Part shown: positions 46,744 through 57,602 of the stretch, piece after piece | How positions within the stretch are numbered: the stretch's first letter is position 1 | How the letters are laid out: each line of letters opens with the position of its first letter | Origin: Acidobacteriota bacterium | Lineage (GTDB): Bacteria > Acidobacteriota > Thermoanaerobaculia > UBA5066 > Gp7-AA6 | Direction of reading: 5' to 3' | DNA: 64,000 nt | Assembly: GCA_020199905.1 (NCBI GenBank) | Contig: JAIVJS010000021.1 | Span: 14,649-78,648, forward strand | The notes under the pieces: model-generated | Told to the model about the DNA's origin: nothing | The model's database searches: none | What the model saw: the letters and a program-made list of their open reading frames with translations, nothing else | Program-made: the position numbers and the translations under genes

Positions 46744-47373
46744 TCAGAAGCGCTTGCGAACCGAGGCGAGGATGTGTGCGCGCAGCCTCTGAGCGTCGTT
46801 CTGGATCTGCGCGGTCTCGCGCTGCATCTTCGCGACGAAGGCCGGGTCGGAGATTCCGGACAGGTTGACCCCCACGTTCAACAGCGCGCCTTCCGCGGCG
46901 GCCTCGAGAAGCAGGGCCGCCGAGCCCGCGTCGGACGCGGCGCTGGGATTGCCTTTTTCGACCAGCTCGGGAAGCGAGGCGAGCACGCGCGCGGCCAGCT
47001 GGGCGGTCCGCATCGGGACCTCCGTCGCCCGCCGATTCGCGATCGCCAGGGCATCGGCCCGGGCGGTCTTCTGGGAGTCGGTGTCCTTGCCGAGGCGGCG
47101 GGCGGCGACGACGAGCTCGTACGCCTCCGAGTCTTCGCGGGCGAGCTTCAGGAACTCCAGGCGCGCCGAGGCCGCTGTTTGCGCGATCGGGCGGACTGCC
47201 GCGTGGGATCCGACGTACTTGTCGCGCGTCAGGGTCAGGGCCGCGACCATCTCCATGAGGCTCGCACCCATGGCGCCCGCGATGGCGGCCGCAGTGCCTC
47301 CCCCGGGCGTCGGCGCGTCGGATCCGAGCGCGTCGATGAACTCGATGACGGTGAGCTTCGCGAACTCGGTCAT
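46744..47373 (-). CDS. Cyclodeaminase/cyclohydrolase (FTCD C-terminal domain) family protein
   Basis: FIDALGSDAPTPGGGTAAA, LAREDSEAY, KGNPSAASDA, LNVGVNL. Confidence 0.9.
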   Translation of the reverse strand: MTEFAKLTVIEFIDALGSDAPTPGGGTAAAIAGAMGASLMEMVAALTLTRDKYVGSHAAVRPIAQTAASARLEFLKLAREDSEAYELVVAARRLGKDTDSQKTARADALAIANRRATEVPMRTAQLAARVLASLPELVEKGNPSAASDAGSAALLLEAAAEGALLNVGVNLSGISDPAFVAKMQRETAQIQNDAQRLRAHILASVRKRF

Positions 47374-48629
47374 GTCGTCGGGCTCGGAACCCAGAGGCCC
47401 CGGAGCGAAACGCCGGCGACGAGGTTCACCCCCCAATGATAGACGAGGTGCCGGTCGTCGGGAGCGTCGAGCACGAGGACGTCCGCCGACTTCCCCGTTT
47501 CGAGAGAGCCCGTTTCGGCGGCGAGGCCGAGGGAGGCCGCGGCGTTCAGAGTCATGCCGGTCAGCGTCTCTTCCACGGAGAGCCCCGAATCCAGGCACGC
47601 ATGCGCCGCGACCGACGCCAGCGATTCCGTGAAGCAGGTGCCGGGGTTCGCGTCCGACGCGACGGCGACGGGAACTCCCGCCTCGATCAGCGCGCGGGCA
47701 GGCGCGGGCCGCGCGCGCATCCACCATGCGGTTCCGGGCAGGAGGACGGCGATCGTGCCGGAGCGCGAGAGCGCGGCGATCTCTTCGTCCCCGATCCGGA
47801 GCAGATGGTCCGCCGATGCCGCGGAGAGCTCCGCGGCGAGAAGGGCCCCTCCGTAGCGTGTCAGCTCGTCCGCGTGGATCCGGATGCCCATGCCCGCCGT
47901 GCGGGCTGCGGTCAGGATGCGTCTCGACTGCGCGACCGTGAAGACGCCCTCTTCGCAGAAGACGTCGCAGAATTTCGCCATTCCCGCGGCCTGCGGAAGG
48001 ATCTCCGAGGCGATCGCTTCGACCCATTCGTCCGGGCGGTCCCGGCTCTCCGGCGGGAACTCGTGCGCGGCGAGCAGGGTGGGAACGATGCGGGGGAGGA
48101 TCTCTCCGCGCTCGCTCGCGAGGAGCCGGAGCGCCCGAAGCTCGTCGGACACCGTGAGCCCGTAGCCCGTCTTCGCCTCGACGGTCGTCGTCCCGCACGA
48201 CCGCATGCGGGCCAGCCGCCGACGGAGAAGCTGACGAAGCTCCTCGTCCGAGGCCGCGCGCGTCGCGGCGACCGTCGCCCGGATGCCGCCCCCCGCCGCC
48301 GCGATCGACGCGTAGCTCTCGCCGGCGAGCCGCCGGCCGATTTCCGGACCGCGGTCGCCGGCCCAGACCGGATGGGTGTGCGCGTCGACGAGCCCCGGCA
48401 GCAGGGTCATCCCGGTCGCGTCGACCGAGACCTCGGCCGGGCGGCTGCCCCAGGTTTTCGCGTATTCCGTCTCGGTGCCGACGAAGGTCAGCCTCCCGTT
48501 CTCCGCACGCACCGCCGCCCCCTCGATCCGGAGGATCTCTCCCTGCTTCTTTCCCGCGCGCACCGCCGTCCCGGTCGGGGTGGCGAGGCAGGCGGCATTT
48601 CGAAATTCGAGGGAGGGGACAGCCGGCAC
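47370..48629 (-). CDS. hutI: Imidazolonepropionase
   Basis: PGLVDAHTH, GTTTVEAKTGYGL, DVFCEEG, IHADEL, SADHL, ASDANPG. Confidence 0.95.
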   Translation of the reverse strand: MPAVPSLEFRNAACLATPTGTAVRAGKKQGEILRIEGAAVRAENGRLTFVGTETEYAKTWGSRPAEVSVDATGMTLLPGLVDAHTHPVWAGDRGPEIGRRLAGESYASIAAAGGGIRATVAATRAASDEELRQLLRRRLARMRSCGTTTVEAKTGYGLTVSDELRALRLLASERGEILPRIVPTLLAAHEFPPESRDRPDEWVEAIASEILPQAAGMAKFCDVFCEEGVFTVAQSRRILTAARTAGMGIRIHADELTRYGGALLAAELSAASADHLLRIGDEEIAALSRSGTIAVLLPGTAWWMRARPAPARALIEAGVPVAVASDANPGTCFTESLASVAAHACLDSGLSVEETLTGMTLNAAASLGLAAETGSLETGKSADVLVLDAPDDRHLVYHWGVNLVAGVSLRGLWVPSPTT

Positions 48630-48643
48630 AGCCCGATCGTATC

Positions 48644-48790
48644 CGTTGAGCGTTGAAGGTTGAGCGTTGAGGTCGAGCGAAGGGCACGGGGTTTCAGGCG
48701 CCGGGCGAAGGCGAAAGGCGAAGGACGGGAGGGCGTCTCTCTCCGTATTTCCTTCGTTTCCCGTTTCCCGTTTCCCGTTTCCCGTTTCCC
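48644..48790. repeat. Heptamer tandem arrays
   Basis: CGTTGAG-type x4, GGCGAAG-type x3, CGTTTCC x5. Confidence 0.85.
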
Positions 48791-48810
48791 GACTCCTGAT
48801 TCCCGATCTC

Positions 48811-48859
48811 GTTGACCGCGGAGTCGCGGGTCTCGCTCCCGTTGGTCGCTCGGCTCCCG
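48811..48859 (+). repeat. Dispersed REP-like element, copy 2 (diverged)
   Basis: GTTGACCGCGGAGTCGCGGGTCTCGCTCCCGTTGGTCGCTCGGCTCCCG. Confidence 0.9.
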
Positions 48860-48876
48860 TTTCCCGGCTTCGTCGC

Positions 48877-50385
48877 CTACCGCCCGCCGCCTCTCGCCTC
48901 CCGCGCCGCATCAAATGCCGCCGGCTTCAGCCGCGAGAGGCACGAGACGTCCAGCCCGTCCGCGGTACCTGAATCGAGAAACGACAGCACGACGCCGTCC
49001 CAGCAACCGAGGTCGTCCAATCCTTCCACGAGGTGGGCGGAGAGCGGGACGACGACGTGCCGGCTCCGGGAGAGCCTGCGCGCGACCCGCGTCGCCCACT
49101 CCGGAGGCGTCACCGGGTCGCGCCCGCCCGAGAGGATCAGCACGGGGGCGCTCGAGCGCACGTCTCGAAAATACCGGGCGGGCAGAGGCGCCGTGGGCCA
49201 CAGGCTGCACGCCCGGCGCTGTTGATCGATGCGGTACGGCCCGAAAGCCGTTCCGGAAGCGGCGCGTTCGGCTTCCTCCGGCGTGATCCGCGACGTGTCC
49301 TCGCTGCAGGTGATCGAGAGATACAGGCCGTCGGCGCCGCGGTCGCGTCCGTCTCCCGCGGGAAGGGCCGCCGCCAGAAAGGGCGCGTAATCTCCGAGGG
49401 CCGCGGCGTGGAGGACGGCGGGAATGCGGCGGCTGGTCGCGGGCGCGTACATCTGGCGGCGCAGGGTCTCGAAGAAGACGTCGCGCGTGATCGAGACCTC
49501 CTTAGGGGGCGATCCCGCCGGCCAGGCGGCGCTCACCCGCGCGGGCGCGCGGCCGAGCGCGTCGCGCACCCGGGCGAGGTCGGCGGCGAGATCGGGATAC
49601 GCCGCCGCGCACGCGGCTTCCGCGGCGCAATCCTCCAGGAGCAGCGACAGGGCGCGTTGCGCGTTGGCCGCGTGAAACAGCGGCAGACGCGCCCAGGTCG
49701 GCGTCACTCCCATCAGGACGGCCGCATGAACGGACTTCGGATGCCGGCGCATGTAGACGAGGGCGAGGCGCGTCCCATACGAGAGGCCGGCGATGTCGAT
49801 CCGCCCATACCCGAGCGCTAGTCGGACGTCCTCGACGTCGTCGGCCGCGGCGATAGTCGTATACCGGGTCAGGTCGGCGCGCGACTGGAGCTCGGACCGG
49901 CAGCGCCGGACGTATTCGGTGGGATACATCTCCGTCAGAAAGTCGCCCGCGTCGCGTCTTTCTCGCTCGCAGTGGAGGGGATTTGAGGAACCCGTGCCCC
50001 GCTGATCGAACAACACGATGTCGCGGTTCTGCCGAAAGGCCTTGAGCTCGGTCTGCCAGAGCTCGGCCCCGTCGGACGCCGCCAATCCGGGTCCGCCCTC
50101 GAAGGAGAAGAGCGGCGGCCGGGAGCTGACGCCGATGGCGGGCACGACGACGACGTGAAGATCGATCCTTCTCCCGCGTGCGGCGGAGCGGTTTTCGAGG
50201 ACCGGCACCGTGCCGCAGAGAGTCTCCGAGGCGTCCGGGCGTCCGGCGGCGGAGCAGGGTGCGAGACCGGTGCGACCCCGATGGATCTCGTCCGCCCCCG
50301 ACCGGGATTGCGCCGCGCCGGCGGCCGCTCCGAGAAGCGACGCCGCGATCAGAAGAACGAGAGCGCGGAAGCGAGCTTCCGGCAT
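48877..50385 (-). CDS. Secreted alpha/beta hydrolase (TAP-like peptidase)
   Basis: EGGPG, DQRGTG, GLSYG nucleophile elbow, DPVTP, H near the C-terminus. Confidence 0.9.
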   Translation of the reverse strand: MPEARFRALVLLIAASLLGAAAGAAQSRSGADEIHRGRTGLAPCSAAGRPDASETLCGTVPVLENRSAARGRRIDLHVVVVPAIGVSSRPPLFSFEGGPGLAASDGAELWQTELKAFRQNRDIVLFDQRGTGSSNPLHCERERRDAGDFLTEMYPTEYVRRCRSELQSRADLTRYTTIAAADDVEDVRLALGYGRIDIAGLSYGTRLALVYMRRHPKSVHAAVLMGVTPTWARLPLFHAANAQRALSLLLEDCAAEAACAAAYPDLAADLARVRDALGRAPARVSAAWPAGSPPKEVSITRDVFFETLRRQMYAPATSRRIPAVLHAAALGDYAPFLAAALPAGDGRDRGADGLYLSITCSEDTSRITPEEAERAASGTAFGPYRIDQQRRACSLWPTAPLPARYFRDVRSSAPVLILSGGRDPVTPPEWATRVARRLSRSRHVVVPLSAHLVEGLDDLGCWDGVVLSFLDSGTADGLDVSCLSRLKPAAFDAAREARGGGR

Positions 50386-50396
50386 TCTTCCCCCTT

Positions 50397-50912
50397 CTAC
50401 CCGGCCGTCTCACCCTTCTCGGATTTCCGCGTCAGGTACTTGACCGGGCGGTCCTTCTCGTCCTCGTCCTTGTCGAACTCGAGGACCTGACCGAAGAGCT
50501 CGACCATCTTCTGGAGCTGAAGACGGAAGTTGAAGCGGTGCATCTTGAGCTCGTGAATCGCCTTCTCGATCTCGGCCGCCCGCTGAAGAGCGCTGTGGGT
50601 CAGGCGTTCGCCGGAGTCCTGCGCCTCCTGGATGATGAGCTCCGCCTGGCGCGTCGCCGATCCACGGATGTCTTCGGAGGCGCGCTGCGCAGCGACGAGC
50701 GTCTCTTTCAGGATCCGCTCGCGGTCGCGGTGCTCCGCGTTCTCGTCCTGGAGGGCGCGCACACGGCTTTCGAGCTCCGAATTGACCCGCGCGAGCTCTT
50801 CCATCTCCTCGGCCACGGAGGACAGGAAGGACTCGACTTCCACGGGGTCGAGGCCCTTCCACTTGCGCGAAAATTCGTGCTTCTGGATCTCGAGCGGCGT
50901 CAGTCGGGACAT
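50397..50912 (-). CDS. DivIVA-domain protein
   Basis: LTPLEIQKHEFSRKWKGLDPVEVESFL plus coiled coil. Confidence 0.9.
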   Translation of the reverse strand: MSRLTPLEIQKHEFSRKWKGLDPVEVESFLSSVAEEMEELARVNSELESRVRALQDENAEHRDRERILKETLVAAQRASEDIRGSATRQAELIIQEAQDSGERLTHSALQRAAEIEKAIHELKMHRFNFRLQLQKMVELFGQVLEFDKDEDEKDRPVKYLTRKSEKGETAG

Positions 50913-50922
50913 GCAGTCACTC

Positions 50923-51222
50923 CTAAGTAAGAGCCGGGGACGGAACGAAGAGGCGCGCCAGCACGACCTGCAGGAACTGGATGAGAAGGATCAGCAACAG
51001 GGGGGAAAAGTCGATCCCGCCCGTCCGCGAGGACGGCAGGAGCTTCCGGAAAGGACGAAGGAGAGGCTCCGTGAACTTGTAGAGGAAGTGGACGATGGGA
51101 TTGCGGGGGTCCGGGCTGACCCACGAGATCACCGCCGCGATGATGACGATCCACTTGATCAGGTCGAGGATCTTGATGATGATGTCGAGAAGCCCCCAGG
51201 CGAATGCGCCGCCGATGTTCAC
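50923..51222 (-). CDS. yggT: YggT-family membrane protein
   Basis: ISWVSPDPRNPIV..TEPLLRPFR..GIDFSP. Confidence 0.9.
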   Translation of the reverse strand: MNIGGAFAWGLLDIIIKILDLIKWIVIIAAVISWVSPDPRNPIVHFLYKFTEPLLRPFRKLLPSSRTGGIDFSPLLLILLIQFLQVVLARLFVPSPALT

Positions 51223-51932
51223 GTCGCGCTCCGGTCGCCGAAGAGCGCCGTCCCGAGACGGATCTCCGTTGCTCCCTCTTCGATCGCGACTTCGAAATCG
51301 TGGCTCATTCCCATCGAGAGCTCCGGGAAGGCGCGTCCGAAGCGGTCCGCCAGCCCGTCGCGGATCTTCCGGAGCCGTCGAAAATGGTGGCGCGCCGCTT
51401 CGGGGTTCTCGTCGAAAGGGGGAACGGCCATCAGGCCGCGCAGATCGAGCCGGCCTCGTTCGAGGACGGCCGCGATCAGCGCCTCCGCCTCCGAGGGGCC
51501 GGCGCCGGATTTAGACGCTTCGGACGCGATGTTGATCTCGACCAGGACGGGATAGGGAGGAGCGTCCGGCGGCAGCAACGCCTCCAGACGCGAGGCAAGT
51601 CGTTCCCGGTCCAGAGTTTCCACCACGGAGAACCATTGTAGCGCCGCCCGGGCCTTATTCGTCTGAAGAGGGCCGATCAGCTTCCAGACCAGGGCGGGAA
51701 ACTCGGGCCGGAGCGCCCCGATCTTGGAGGCGCCCTCCGCGACCCGGTTCTCCCCGAACCGCGTGAGGCCGGCGAGCGCCGCCTCCCGGACGACGACCGC
51801 CGGGTGGGTCTTCGTGACGGCGAGAAGCGCGACACCGGCGGGATCCCGGCCGCATCGCTCGGCCGCACGGGCGACGCGGTCGAGGATCTCGGCGTGGCGC
51901 CGATGGATCTCGTCGGCGCCTTGGGAGGTCAT
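51219..51932 (-). CDS. yggS: PLP homeostasis protein YggS
   Basis: LLAVTKT, FGENRVAE, IGPLQTNK, GLMAVPP, LSMGMSHD, RLGTALFG. Confidence 0.95.
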   Translation of the reverse strand: MTSQGADEIHRRHAEILDRVARAAERCGRDPAGVALLAVTKTHPAVVVREAALAGLTRFGENRVAEGASKIGALRPEFPALVWKLIGPLQTNKARAALQWFSVVETLDRERLASRLEALLPPDAPPYPVLVEINIASEASKSGAGPSEAEALIAAVLERGRLDLRGLMAVPPFDENPEAARHHFRRLRKIRDGLADRFGRAFPELSMGMSHDFEVAIEEGATEIRLGTALFGDRSAT

Positions 51933-51966
51933 GGGGGAGTTCAGAGTTAGCTGATAGCTGATAGCT

Positions 51967-52386
51967 TCAGGGCCCCATGTCGGGGTGCTCGCTCGCGTCG
52001 GCGCCCAGGTTCGCGAGCCGGTCGGCCTTCTTGTTCAACTCGCGGCGGACGTGGCTCAGGGTGAAGCGTCGAAACTTCTTCGCGCGCCGTACGGCGTCGA
52101 AGACGAGCGGTTTCAGGTGCTCGGCCTTGACCCGGAAGTGTCCGTTGACCTGCTCGACCAAGAGCCGGCTGTCGGACCGGATCTCGACGTCCTGCGCCGC
52201 GATCTCTTCCGCTCGGGTCAGCGCCAGGAGCAGGGCGCTGTACTCGGCGACGTTGTTCGTCTGCCGGCCGAGAGGCTCGAACAACTCTTCCGCCGGCCGG
52301 TCGCCGTCCGCTTCCACGTACACACCGGCGCCCGCGGGTCCGGGATTCCCGCGCGCGGCCCCGTCGATGTAGGCGAGGAATTTCAC
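51967..52386 (-). CDS. rnhA: Ribonuclease HI family protein
   Basis: YIDGAARGNPGPAG, TNNVAEY, SDSRLLVEQ, NKKADRLAN. Confidence 0.9.
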   Translation of the reverse strand: MKFLAYIDGAARGNPGPAGAGVYVEADGDRPAEELFEPLGRQTNNVAEYSALLLALTRAEEIAAQDVEIRSDSRLLVEQVNGHFRVKAEHLKPLVFDAVRRAKKFRRFTLSHVRRELNKKADRLANLGADASEHPDMGP

Positions 52387-52436
52387 GGGGCGTGAAACGG
52401 AAAAGGGAAAAACGAACTGAGGCGCCAGGGGCTCAT

Positions 52437-52473
52437 CGATTCCCGATTCCCGATTCCCGATTCCCGATTCCCG
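52437..52473. repeat. Heptamer tandem array
   Basis: GATTCCC repeated about five times. Confidence 0.9.
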
Positions 52474-52480
52474 GCCCGGA

Positions 52481-53197
52481 TCAAGGCTGCCCATCCCAAT
52501 ACAGGATCCTCTTGCAGCTGTCGCAATACACGATCTCTTTCCCGTTCTTCAAGATCTGCATCGCGGCCGGGCGGATCTTCACGTGGCACGCCGAGCAGGA
52601 TCCGGCGGAGACCCGCGCGATGGCGACGCCGCCCTTCTTCTCGATCAGGCGGTGAAACTCGGCGCGGTCCTTGGGAGGCATCTGCCGCTCGATCTCCTGG
52701 ATCTCTGTCGCGGCGGCCGCCAGCTCGTCGTCGATCCCGCGCTGGGTCGTGCGCCAGTCCTTCAGCTTCTCCTCGTGCTCCTCCGTCTCGCGCGGAAGGC
52801 TCTCCTCGCGGGCCTCGAGCTCCTTGCGCGCGTTCTCGATCTCTTCGTCGAGCGCGAGCACCCGGTCTTCGGTCGTGCGGATCAGCTTGTCCACGCCGTC
52901 GATCTCGTTCAGCACGGCGCCGTATTCGCGGCTGGACTGGACGCTCCTCAACTGTCCCTGGTATTTCTTCTGCTTCTCCTGGAGGTCGGAAAGGTCCCCC
53001 TCGGCGCGTCGCCTTTCGGACTCGGCTTCCGCCAGCCGCTCCCGGATGCCGTCGAGGGTCTCCACGCGCTCCCGGTAGGCGCGATCCACTTCCGAAAGCT
53101 CCTCGGGGACCGTATCGCGCTCCCTCTGGCGCGACTGCACGAAACGAAGCCGGTCCTGCAGCCGGTAGAGCTGCTCGAGAAGGGTCGGGCCGCTCAC
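52481..53197 (-). CDS. Coiled-coil protein with a C4-type zinc ribbon (DUF164-like)
   Basis: LYRLQ..D, long coiled coil, CSACH...CDSCKRILY. Confidence 0.9.
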   Translation of the reverse strand: MSGPTLLEQLYRLQDRLRFVQSRQRERDTVPEELSEVDRAYRERVETLDGIRERLAEAESERRRAEGDLSDLQEKQKKYQGQLRSVQSSREYGAVLNEIDGVDKLIRTTEDRVLALDEEIENARKELEAREESLPRETEEHEEKLKDWRTTQRGIDDELAAAATEIQEIERQMPPKDRAEFHRLIEKKGGVAIARVSAGSCSACHVKIRPAAMQILKNGKEIVYCDSCKRILYWDGQP

Positions 53198-53228
53198 GCC
53201 GGCGTCCCCGTTTCGTTCAAGGCCGCCG

Positions 53229-53268
53229 AAAACAAAAGGGGCGGCCCGCTCAGAGGTCGCCCCTTCTC
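53229..53268 (-). terminator. Intrinsic terminator downstream of the tRNA
   Basis: Minus strand: GGGGCGACC-TCTGAGCG-GGCCGCCCC then TTTTGTTTT. Confidence 0.7.
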
Positions 53269-53341
53269 ATTCTTCGATACTGACTGTCTCGTCGGTTTGT
53301 TACGCCTCAAGCTCCCCGTACCCCTTCTCGCGTCCAGACCC

Positions 53342-53418
53342 TGGTGGGTCCACTCGGATTCGAACCGAGGTCTGACCGGTTATGAGCCGGTGGCTCTGGA
53401 CCGCTGAGCTATGGACCC
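53342..53418 (-). tRNA. tRNA with CAT anticodon, probably tRNA-Ile2
   Basis: GGGTCCATAGCTCAGCGGTCCAGAGCCACCGGCTCATAACCGGTCAGACCTCGGTTCGAATCCGAGTGGACCCACCA: 77 nt, TTCGAAT loop, encoded CCA. G1-C72 pair argues against fMet; Ile2 versus elongator Met is inferred. Confidence 0.9.
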
Positions 53419-53474
53419 CGGCTGTGTTACGGCCGTCAATATAGCAAAGCGGGACAGTGCCTTCAGCGGGGTCC

Positions 53475-55142
53475 TCACCGGATGGTTTCCAGGAATGGTT
53501 TCAGTTTCTTTGCCCGCGACGGATGCCGCAGCTTCCGCAGTGCCTTCGACTCGATCTGGCGGATCCGCTCGCGCGTTACGTTGAACGAGCGGCCGACCTC
53601 TTCCAGCGTGTGCTCGGACCCGTCCCCGACGCCGAAGCGCATCTTGAGCACCTGCTCCTCGCGGGGAGTCAGCGACTTCAGGACCCGCCTCGTCTGCTCC
53701 TGCAGGTTGGAGACGAGGACCGCGTCGATCGGCGACAGGACGCCTCGGTCCTCGATGAAGTCGCCGAGATGCGAATCTTCCTCCTCGCCGATGGGAGTCT
53801 CGAGGGAGATGGGCTCCTGCGCGATCTTCATGATCTTGCGGACCTTCGAGACGGGCATGTCCATCCGCTTGGCGATCTCCTCGGCGTTGGGCTCGCGCCC
53901 GAGCTCCTGGACCAGCGACCGCGAGGTGCGCGTCAGCTTATTGATCGTCTCGATCATGTGAACCGGGATGCGGATGGTCCGCGCCTGGTCCGCGATCGCG
54001 CGGGTGATCGCCTGCCGGATCCACCACGTCGCGTAGGTCGAGAACTTGTATCCGCGGCGGTGCTCGAACTTCTCGACGGCCTTCATGAGGCCGATGTTCC
54101 CCTCCTGGATGAGGTCGAGGAATTGGAGCCCGCGGTTGGTGTACTTCTTCGCGATGGAGACGACGAGCCGGAGGTTGGCGACGATCAGCTCGTGCTTGGC
54201 CTGGTCCGCCTCTTCCTCGCCCTCGCGGACCATGCGAAGGGTCTTCTTGACGTCCTCGTGCGTCACGCCGAACTTCTGCTCGAGCTCACGGAGGAGCTTG
54301 CGGTACTTCGTGATGCGGCGCTTGTAGAAGTCGATCCGCGTCGGGTTCTTTTCCTTCTTGAGCGTCGTCGTGTCCTGCCGGATGGTGGACTCGGGGATCG
54401 ACATCTGCCGGTCGATGTCCTTCAGGATCCCGATCGCGCGGTTCAACACTGCGGGCGTGAAGTCCGCGGCGCGGATCAGCTTCGCCATGTCGGCGATCTT
54501 CCTGTCGATCGAGGCCTCGACGCGCGCGAGCGACTTGCTGCCCTTCTTGATCGTGCGCGACTTGAACTTCAACCGCTTGATGTCCTTATCCAGCGCGCCG
54601 ATCTTCTTGAAGCTGCCGAGGACGCCTTCGATGCGGCGCGTCGCGCGGTCGTCCATCTCCTCGTCTTCTTCGGACAGGTTGACGAGCTCGTTGACGATGC
54701 GCGAATCGCGGCCCGCGTTCTCGAGGAGCTTTAAGATCTCCTGGAGCACGATCGGGTTGTTGGCGAGGGCCTGGTAGATCTTCGCCTCGCCCTGCTCGAT
54801 GCGCTTGGCGATGCGGACCTCGCCCTCGCGGTCGAGGAGCTTGACGGTCCCCATCTCGCGCAGGTACATGCGCACGGGGTCGTTCGTTTTCTCGACGGCC
54901 TCGCGGGCCTCTTCGGCGGTCTCCGCTTCGAGTGCCGCGCGGCGGCGAGCGGCGCGGTCCGGGTCCGTGACGATCTCGACGCCCATGTCGAAGATCCGGC
55001 CGTACACTTCTTCGAGATCCTGGGGGCTCGCGGTGACTTCGTCGGAGAGGATCGTGTGGATCTCTTCGTAGAGCAGGTACCCCTTGTCCTTGCCCGCCTT
55101 GAAGAGGAGTTGAAGCTCCGGGTATTTTTCGTCGATCACCAA
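53475..55142 (-). CDS. rpoD: Primary RNA polymerase sigma factor
   Basis: Region 1.1, [54 protein letters not shown]. Confidence 0.97.
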   Translation of the reverse strand: MVIDEKYPELQLLFKAGKDKGYLLYEEIHTILSDEVTASPQDLEEVYGRIFDMGVEIVTDPDRAARRRAALEAETAEEAREAVEKTNDPVRMYLREMGTVKLLDREGEVRIAKRIEQGEAKIYQALANNPIVLQEILKLLENAGRDSRIVNELVNLSEEDEEMDDRATRRIEGVLGSFKKIGALDKDIKRLKFKSRTIKKGSKSLARVEASIDRKIADMAKLIRAADFTPAVLNRAIGILKDIDRQMSIPESTIRQDTTTLKKEKNPTRIDFYKRRITKYRKLLRELEQKFGVTHEDVKKTLRMVREGEEEADQAKHELIVANLRLVVSIAKKYTNRGLQFLDLIQEGNIGLMKAVEKFEHRRGYKFSTYATWWIRQAITRAIADQARTIRIPVHMIETINKLTRTSRSLVQELGREPNAEEIAKRMDMPVSKVRKIMKIAQEPISLETPIGEEEDSHLGDFIEDRGVLSPIDAVLVSNLQEQTRRVLKSLTPREEQVLKMRFGVGDGSEHTLEEVGRSFNVTRERIRQIESKALRKLRHPSRAKKLKPFLETIR

Positions 55143-55143
55143 G

Positions 55144-56958
55144 TTACATTCCTTTCCACCGTGGGGAGCGCGAAAGCTCTCCACGCCGGCGCCCGTTCTC
55201 TTGCTTGCGCCGGATCAATTCCGCCAGATCCGTACTCGACGACGCCACTGCCCGATCGATCTCCCTCTGGATGTCCGCGCTCTCCCGTTCTAAGTACTTT
55301 TTTTCGAGGTCCTTGAGGAGACCTTCGACACCCTTTTCGGTGGGCGCGGGGTGATCTTCCAGGGCGATGCCGGACACAAGAATTCGATCTTCTTCCGTAA
55401 GGTGTGCGATTTGCCTCTGAAAATCAACACCTTCTCCCTCGGAGGGGGCTTTCCGAAGGGCCCCGACCACTCTCCCGATCAGAGGGTGGGTGAGGAATTC
55501 ATCTCTCAAAGTACTGAACACCAAGGGGTTGTATTCCGGCTCGTTCAGCAGGATGTGAAGGAGCCTTCGCTCCGACGCCGGCATCTCCCCTTCCCGTAAC
55601 ACGGGGTCATTCCCGGGCGTTCCCGGCCTGGGCGGGGGCGCCGTGACCCCGATCCGGCCGGTTTTGGGGCGGATCCGTTCCCACAGGATGTCCAGGGGGA
55701 CCGCGACGTGCCGGGCGAGCCGCCGGCACTCCTCGTGGCGCAGGATGGTGTCAGGAACAGCCTGAAGGATCTCGAGGATTCCCGCGATGCGATCGCTCTT
55801 GTCCGCCGCGGAGAGATTCTGCTCCATGGGGTCGGAGCCGGCGCCCGCGGGGTCGAGAAGCCAGTCGAGGGCGTCGGGCGCATCCTCGATACGCGCGGCG
55901 AGCGGCTCGGGGCCCTCTTCCCTCAGCACGTCGTGCGGGTCCTTGCCGGCCGGCAACTTCGCGACGCGGGCGGAGAATCCCTGCCCGAGGAGAAGGGCAA
56001 GCGCGCCCCGGGTGGCCGAGCGGCCGGCCGGATCCCCGTCGTAGCAGACGACCACCTTCGGAGCGAGGCGCCGGAGCTTTTCCGCCTGCTCCGGCGTGAG
56101 CGCCGTCCCCATCGAGGCCACGGTTTCCTCGACGCCGGCGGAAAGAAGGGCGAGGTGGTCGAAGTATCCCTCGACCAGGACGACGCGTTCCCGGCGCCGG
56201 ATCGCGTCGCGCGCCGAGGCCAGGCCGTAGAGGGTTCGCTTCTTTTGAAAGATCGGCGACTCGGGAGAGTTGAGGTATTTCGGCTCGCCTTCGGACGAAA
56301 GGACGCGGCCTCCGAATCCGACGGGGCGCCCGCGGTCGTCGCGCAGGACGAAGAGCAGACGGTCGCGGAACCGGTCGTAGGCGCGCTTACCGTCCTGCCC
56401 GGGCTGAAGGAGGCCCGCTTCGATCAGCAGGCTCTCGGGGTAGGAGGACGAGAGCGCGCGCGAGAGGGCATCCCAGGAGTCGGCCGCCTGGCCGAGCTCC
56501 AGCCGCGAGACCATTTCCGGCGTCACCCCGCGGGCGGACAGATATTCCGCCGCGCGGCTTGCCGGCTTCGCGAGCTCCGCGCGGTAAAATCGATGCGCGG
56601 CGGAGACCGCCTCGAGGAGCTTCTCGCGCCGGTCGTCGCGCGGCCCGCGGGCGCGGCGCGGAATCGTGACCCCGAATCGGCCCGCGAGAGCCTCGATCGC
56701 TTCGGCAAACTCGAGGCGGTCCATCTGCCGCACGAAGTGGATGACGTCGCCCCCTGCCCCGCACCCGAAGCAGTGATACAGGCCCTTGTCGCGGTCGACG
56801 GTGAAGGAAGGCGTGCGCTCGTTGTGAAAAGGGCAGAGTCCCTTGTACGAGCGGCCGGCTTTCTTCAGCCGCGTGTGCTCGCCGACCACCTCGACGATGT
56901 CCGCCGCGGAGCGCAGCTCGGCGAGCGCGGAGTCGGTGATGTCGAGATCGTTGGTCAT
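55144..56958 (-). CDS. dnaG: DNA primase
   Basis: [38 protein letters not shown]. Confidence 0.97.
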   Translation of the reverse strand: MTNDLDITDSALAELRSAADIVEVVGEHTRLKKAGRSYKGLCPFHNERTPSFTVDRDKGLYHCFGCGAGGDVIHFVRQMDRLEFAEAIEALAGRFGVTIPRRARGPRDDRREKLLEAVSAAHRFYRAELAKPASRAAEYLSARGVTPEMVSRLELGQAADSWDALSRALSSSYPESLLIEAGLLQPGQDGKRAYDRFRDRLLFVLRDDRGRPVGFGGRVLSSEGEPKYLNSPESPIFQKKRTLYGLASARDAIRRRERVVLVEGYFDHLALLSAGVEETVASMGTALTPEQAEKLRRLAPKVVVCYDGDPAGRSATRGALALLLGQGFSARVAKLPAGKDPHDVLREEGPEPLAARIEDAPDALDWLLDPAGAGSDPMEQNLSAADKSDRIAGILEILQAVPDTILRHEECRRLARHVAVPLDILWERIRPKTGRIGVTAPPPRPGTPGNDPVLREGEMPASERRLLHILLNEPEYNPLVFSTLRDEFLTHPLIGRVVGALRKAPSEGEGVDFQRQIAHLTEEDRILVSGIALEDHPAPTEKGVEGLLKDLEKKYLERESADIQREIDRAVASSSTDLAELIRRKQENGRRRGELSRSPRWKGM

Positions 56959-56994
56959 TGGGGACACGGGGGCCGGGAAACGTCGAGGCCGGAA

Positions 56995-57073
56995 ATCGGG
57001 AATCGGGAGCCGAGCGACCAACGGGAGCGAGACGGCCGCGGTACTCCGCGGTCAACTGGAGCGGGAATCGAAA
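56995..57073 (-). repeat. Dispersed REP-like element, copy 3
   Basis: Reverse complement of copy 4; followed by GGGAAAC-type heptamers to about 57150. Confidence 0.9.
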
Positions 57074-57185
57074 GCCGGAAAATGGGAAACGGGAAGCCGA
57101 AGCCGGGAAACGGGAAGCGAGAAAAGAGAAACGAAAGACGGAAAACGGGAAATCTGTCTCGCAGCGGGCCGTCCCCGGAGATTTT

Positions 57186-57225
57186 CCCCTCCCCCGGGCG
57201 CGGGGGAGAGGGCAGGGTGAGGGGG
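57186..57225. repeat. CCCTCCCCC...GGGGGAGAGGG palindromic element
   Basis: CCCCTCCCCCGGGCGCGGGGGAGAGGGCAGGGTGAGGGGG. Confidence 0.7.
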
Positions 57226-57602
57226 ATCTCGCTGGTGCGCGAGACCTCGCGGCTGACTTCGGGCCGCAACGAGCTCTCCACCGCGATTTCCCGCTCCCTC
57301 ACTGCAACTCCACCATCGTGGCGCCGTTGCCGCCTTCGCGCGCGTCGGCGGCTCTGGCCGAGGCGACGTTCGGATGCTTCCGCAGGTGCTCGCGCAATCC
57401 GTCGCGAAGCCGTCCGGTCCCGTGGCCGTGAATCACCCGCAAGCGCACGCCGGCGACGAGCGCCTCGTCGAGCGCCTTCTCAACCTCGTCGATCGCTTCG
57501 TCCAGCCTCTTGCCGATGACGTTTACTTCTTTGACCGGCCCGCTCCCGACCGCTTCGGATTCGCTGCGTGATTCCTGGCGCGCGACTCTCGTCTTCTTGC
57601 GC

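Noticed and set aside
50397-51932. DivIVA in a probable diderm as a novelty
   Set aside because: The yggS-yggT-divIVA cluster is already known outside monoderms; treated as ordinary.
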